DNA of 63,434 bases, filler included, from Asterionella formosa (taxonomy: Eukaryota), in assembly GCA_002256025.1 (NCBI GenBank). It is 25 parts of 25 records of this genome, joined end to end, with 100 filler letters (N's around TTAATTAATTAA, not from the genome) between each part and the next. Parts side by side here need not be neighbours in the genome. Positions count along the whole stretch, not along the records: positions 60,323 to 61,828 come from NKIB01002156.1; positions 61,929 to 63,434 come from NKIB01002157.1; 23 more parts are not named here. One strand, 5' to 3'. Both the position numbers and the translations under genes were made by a program. The notes under the pieces are model-generated. The model saw nothing but the letters and a program-made list of their open reading frames with translations, had not been told where the DNA came from and made no database searches. Positions 61,571-63,434 of the stretch are shown here, one piece after another. The number at the start of each line of letters is the position of its first letter. The first letter of the stretch is position 1.

Positions 61571-61828
61571 TGATACACAGTGATCAACGGCTGTATCAGT
61601 GATACAGCATTGGTCAGGGGTCCAAAAACTGTATCAGTGATACACCCATGATACACTTGTGATCAGACCAAAAAAACCGTTGGTGATACACAAAAAAACC
61701 CAAGGGCCGTTCTTATCATTCTGTTATTTGTTGTCATTGGTGTATCATCGCCGAAATATGATACAAAAATGGCGGTTTGGTTTTTTTTTGTGTATCACCA
61801 ACGGTTTTTTTGGTCTGATCACCGGTGT
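61571..61828. mobile_element. Nested Harbinger ends: subterminal segment 61571-61703 and inward-facing TIR at 61704
   Basis: 61571-61614 matches 11130-11173; GGGCCGTTCTTATCATT at 61704; 61659-61698 is inverted relative to 61783-61821. Confidence 0.75.
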
Positions 61829-61967
61829 NNNNNNNNNNNNNNNNNNNNNNNNNNNNNNNNNNNNNNNNNNNNTTAATTAATTAANNNNNNNNNNNNNNNN
61901 NNNNNNNNNNNNNNNNNNNNNNNNNNNNAGTTAAATTTATTTTTACTGTGAGATCAAAGTAATCTAA

Positions 61968-63434
61968 GGGTCGTTCTTATCATTCCGAATTTGCTGTATC
62001 ATTTCCGGGTTGCGGGCAAAAAGTGACGGTTGGTATCAAAACACGGTATCAGCAACGGTAACTTGATGGTATCAATTTTGTATCATTGATACAAAATTGA
62101 TACCTTTTTTTGCCCCCTCCAAAAACGGTATCAGTGATACTGACGTTTTCACGCGGGTATCATTTCCGTTGTCACTAATAAAATAACCGAAAATAAGCCT
62201 GCAAGGCAAGGCACCAGTGATAATATTAATGGCATATACTATTCCTTCAATTTTATGCTGGCTGCGTATGCACATCGTCCAAGCAACACCATTGATACAA
62301 TTATACAGCACCAGACAGAAAGTTATACTTGGCGATCTTATAACTCCCAAGTGTGTTTGTGTATTTGTTACTACAGATCAGTCATTTGAATCTCCCTGAA
62401 GATACTACAAGCAAGGCAAATGGAACCGCATAGTATGGAACCGCATAGTATGGAACCAGTCACACAAATGCAAACAACAACTGTTGATGTGGAGACCACT
62501 GTATGTCAAAATCGACCCACCACCTTCAACGATAGTACAATGCAGTCTCTTGCTACAGATACTGAAGTCGATCGATTTGTTGACTCCCTCATACTTCCTG
62601 ATGACTTTGTGCTTGATAGTGAAAGGACAAAGGTGATTTTCATCAAAGGTGTTGCAATGAAGCAGATCTCGGTCAAGGTTCTCCGAAAAATTTGCGTCAG
62701 ATACAAAGTTTCTGGATACAAAAATGCGAAGAAGGCTTTCACTGTTGCTTTGATTGCTCGACTTTTGAAGAGAGAAAGCTTGTCACAGAGGATATACCCT
62801 AGATCTTTCATTGTCAATGAATCAGACATTGAATTGGATAGTGATAATGACAATCACAAAGATTCATCAATTAATGATGATGAATTCAAAGTCGATGAAG
62901 ATTGCGAAGATGATAATGATGAAAGGAACGAAAAAGTTCAAGAGGCAACAGCAGTGCAGCCACATGAGTCTTTGGTAGATCCTCAGTTTGAACAAGAGGT
63001 AGTGAACCCTCCTGTAAAAAAGGCGAAAAAGAATAAGGCACAGGCAAAGTCAACCCCTCCAGATGCTGTGACCTGCATCAACACATACTTCCGTCTCATT
63101 ATTGTCTACATGTGCAACAAGCATCGCAGTGATGTTTTGCGTCTAGGTCAGCCACCAACTCTGGCTGAACTTGATGCAAGAAGATTTCGACACAAGTTCA
63201 TTTTCGATCGACTTGTTGTCACATATAATGATGATGAGGATGACGACTGCATCATTCTAGCATTTCCCGAAGATGAATACTGGGACCAAGTTGGAATTGA
63301 TGCTGACTACGCAAAAAAATATGATGTCCTCACTTCCAAAGACTTTTCATTGGTAATGGGATACATTAATCATCATTATCAAGTTGCCTATCGAAAAAAC
63401 AAACAATCAGGCAATCATGATGATTTTGTCAAAT
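61968..63434 (+). mobile_element. Harbinger subfamily end carrying an intact-looking ORF2
   Basis: TAA|GGGTCGTTCTTATCATT TIR, GTATCA/TGATAC subterminal motifs, then ORF2. Confidence 0.85.
62420..63434 (+). CDS. Harbinger accessory protein ORF2 (3' partial; absent from the ORF track because it has no stop)
   Basis: Open from ATG 62420 to window end: ...FVDSLILPDDF...ISVKVLRKICVRYKVSGYKNAKK...NTYFRLI...QSGNHDDFVK; homologous to 60339-60668. Confidence 0.85.
   Translation, partial: MEPHSMEPHSMEPVTQMQTTTVDVETTVCQNRPTTFNDSTMQSLATDTEVDRFVDSLILPDDFVLDSERTKVIFIKGVAMKQISVKVLRKICVRYKVSGYKNAKKAFTVALIARLLKRESLSQRIYPRSFIVNESDIELDSDNDNHKDSSINDDEFKVDEDCEDDNDERNEKVQEATAVQPHESLVDPQFEQEVVNPPVKKAKKNKAQAKSTPPDAVTCINTYFRLIIVYMCNKHRSDVLRLGQPPTLAELDARRFRHKFIFDRLVVTYNDDEDDDCIILAFPEDEYWDQVGIDADYAKKYDVLTSKDFSLVMGYINHHYQVAYRKNKQSGNHDDFVK

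Overview
This is not contiguous DNA. It is 25 short eukaryotic contigs (most about 1.5 kb, one about 24.8 kb at 20930-45753) joined by 24 artificial 100-bp N/TTAATTAATTAA/N linkers. Gene families, short GT-AG introns and transposon types point to a diatom (inference). Host genes: two convergent M6 (InhA-like) metalloproteases, an ArfGAP, a PDZ+PUB protein, a BSD/coiled-coil protein, and fragments or pseudogenes of an SLC13/TrkA-C transporter, M14 carboxypeptidase, PGRL1, DUF6824, DUF707-like, DUF3645-type and GPR107-like genes. Transposons are abundant: a Ngaro-like tyrosine-recombinase retroelement end plus a solo relic, Copia and Gypsy LTR elements, a PIF/Harbinger family, and a TA-targeting TIR element. 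Three observations stand out. (1) Paralogous repeat copies show TA converted to TACCGGTA/TACCAGTA/TACTGGTA, which may explain the pervasive GGTACC-rich arrays as accumulated micro-insertions. (2) Three LTR elements carry perfect palindromes, not a TGG tRNA primer site, right after the inferred 5' LTR. (3) A 2.87-kb TIR element has ends that supply GT and CAG splice sites whose use would restore the host reading frame. All family calls come from motif recognition by eye, not database searches.
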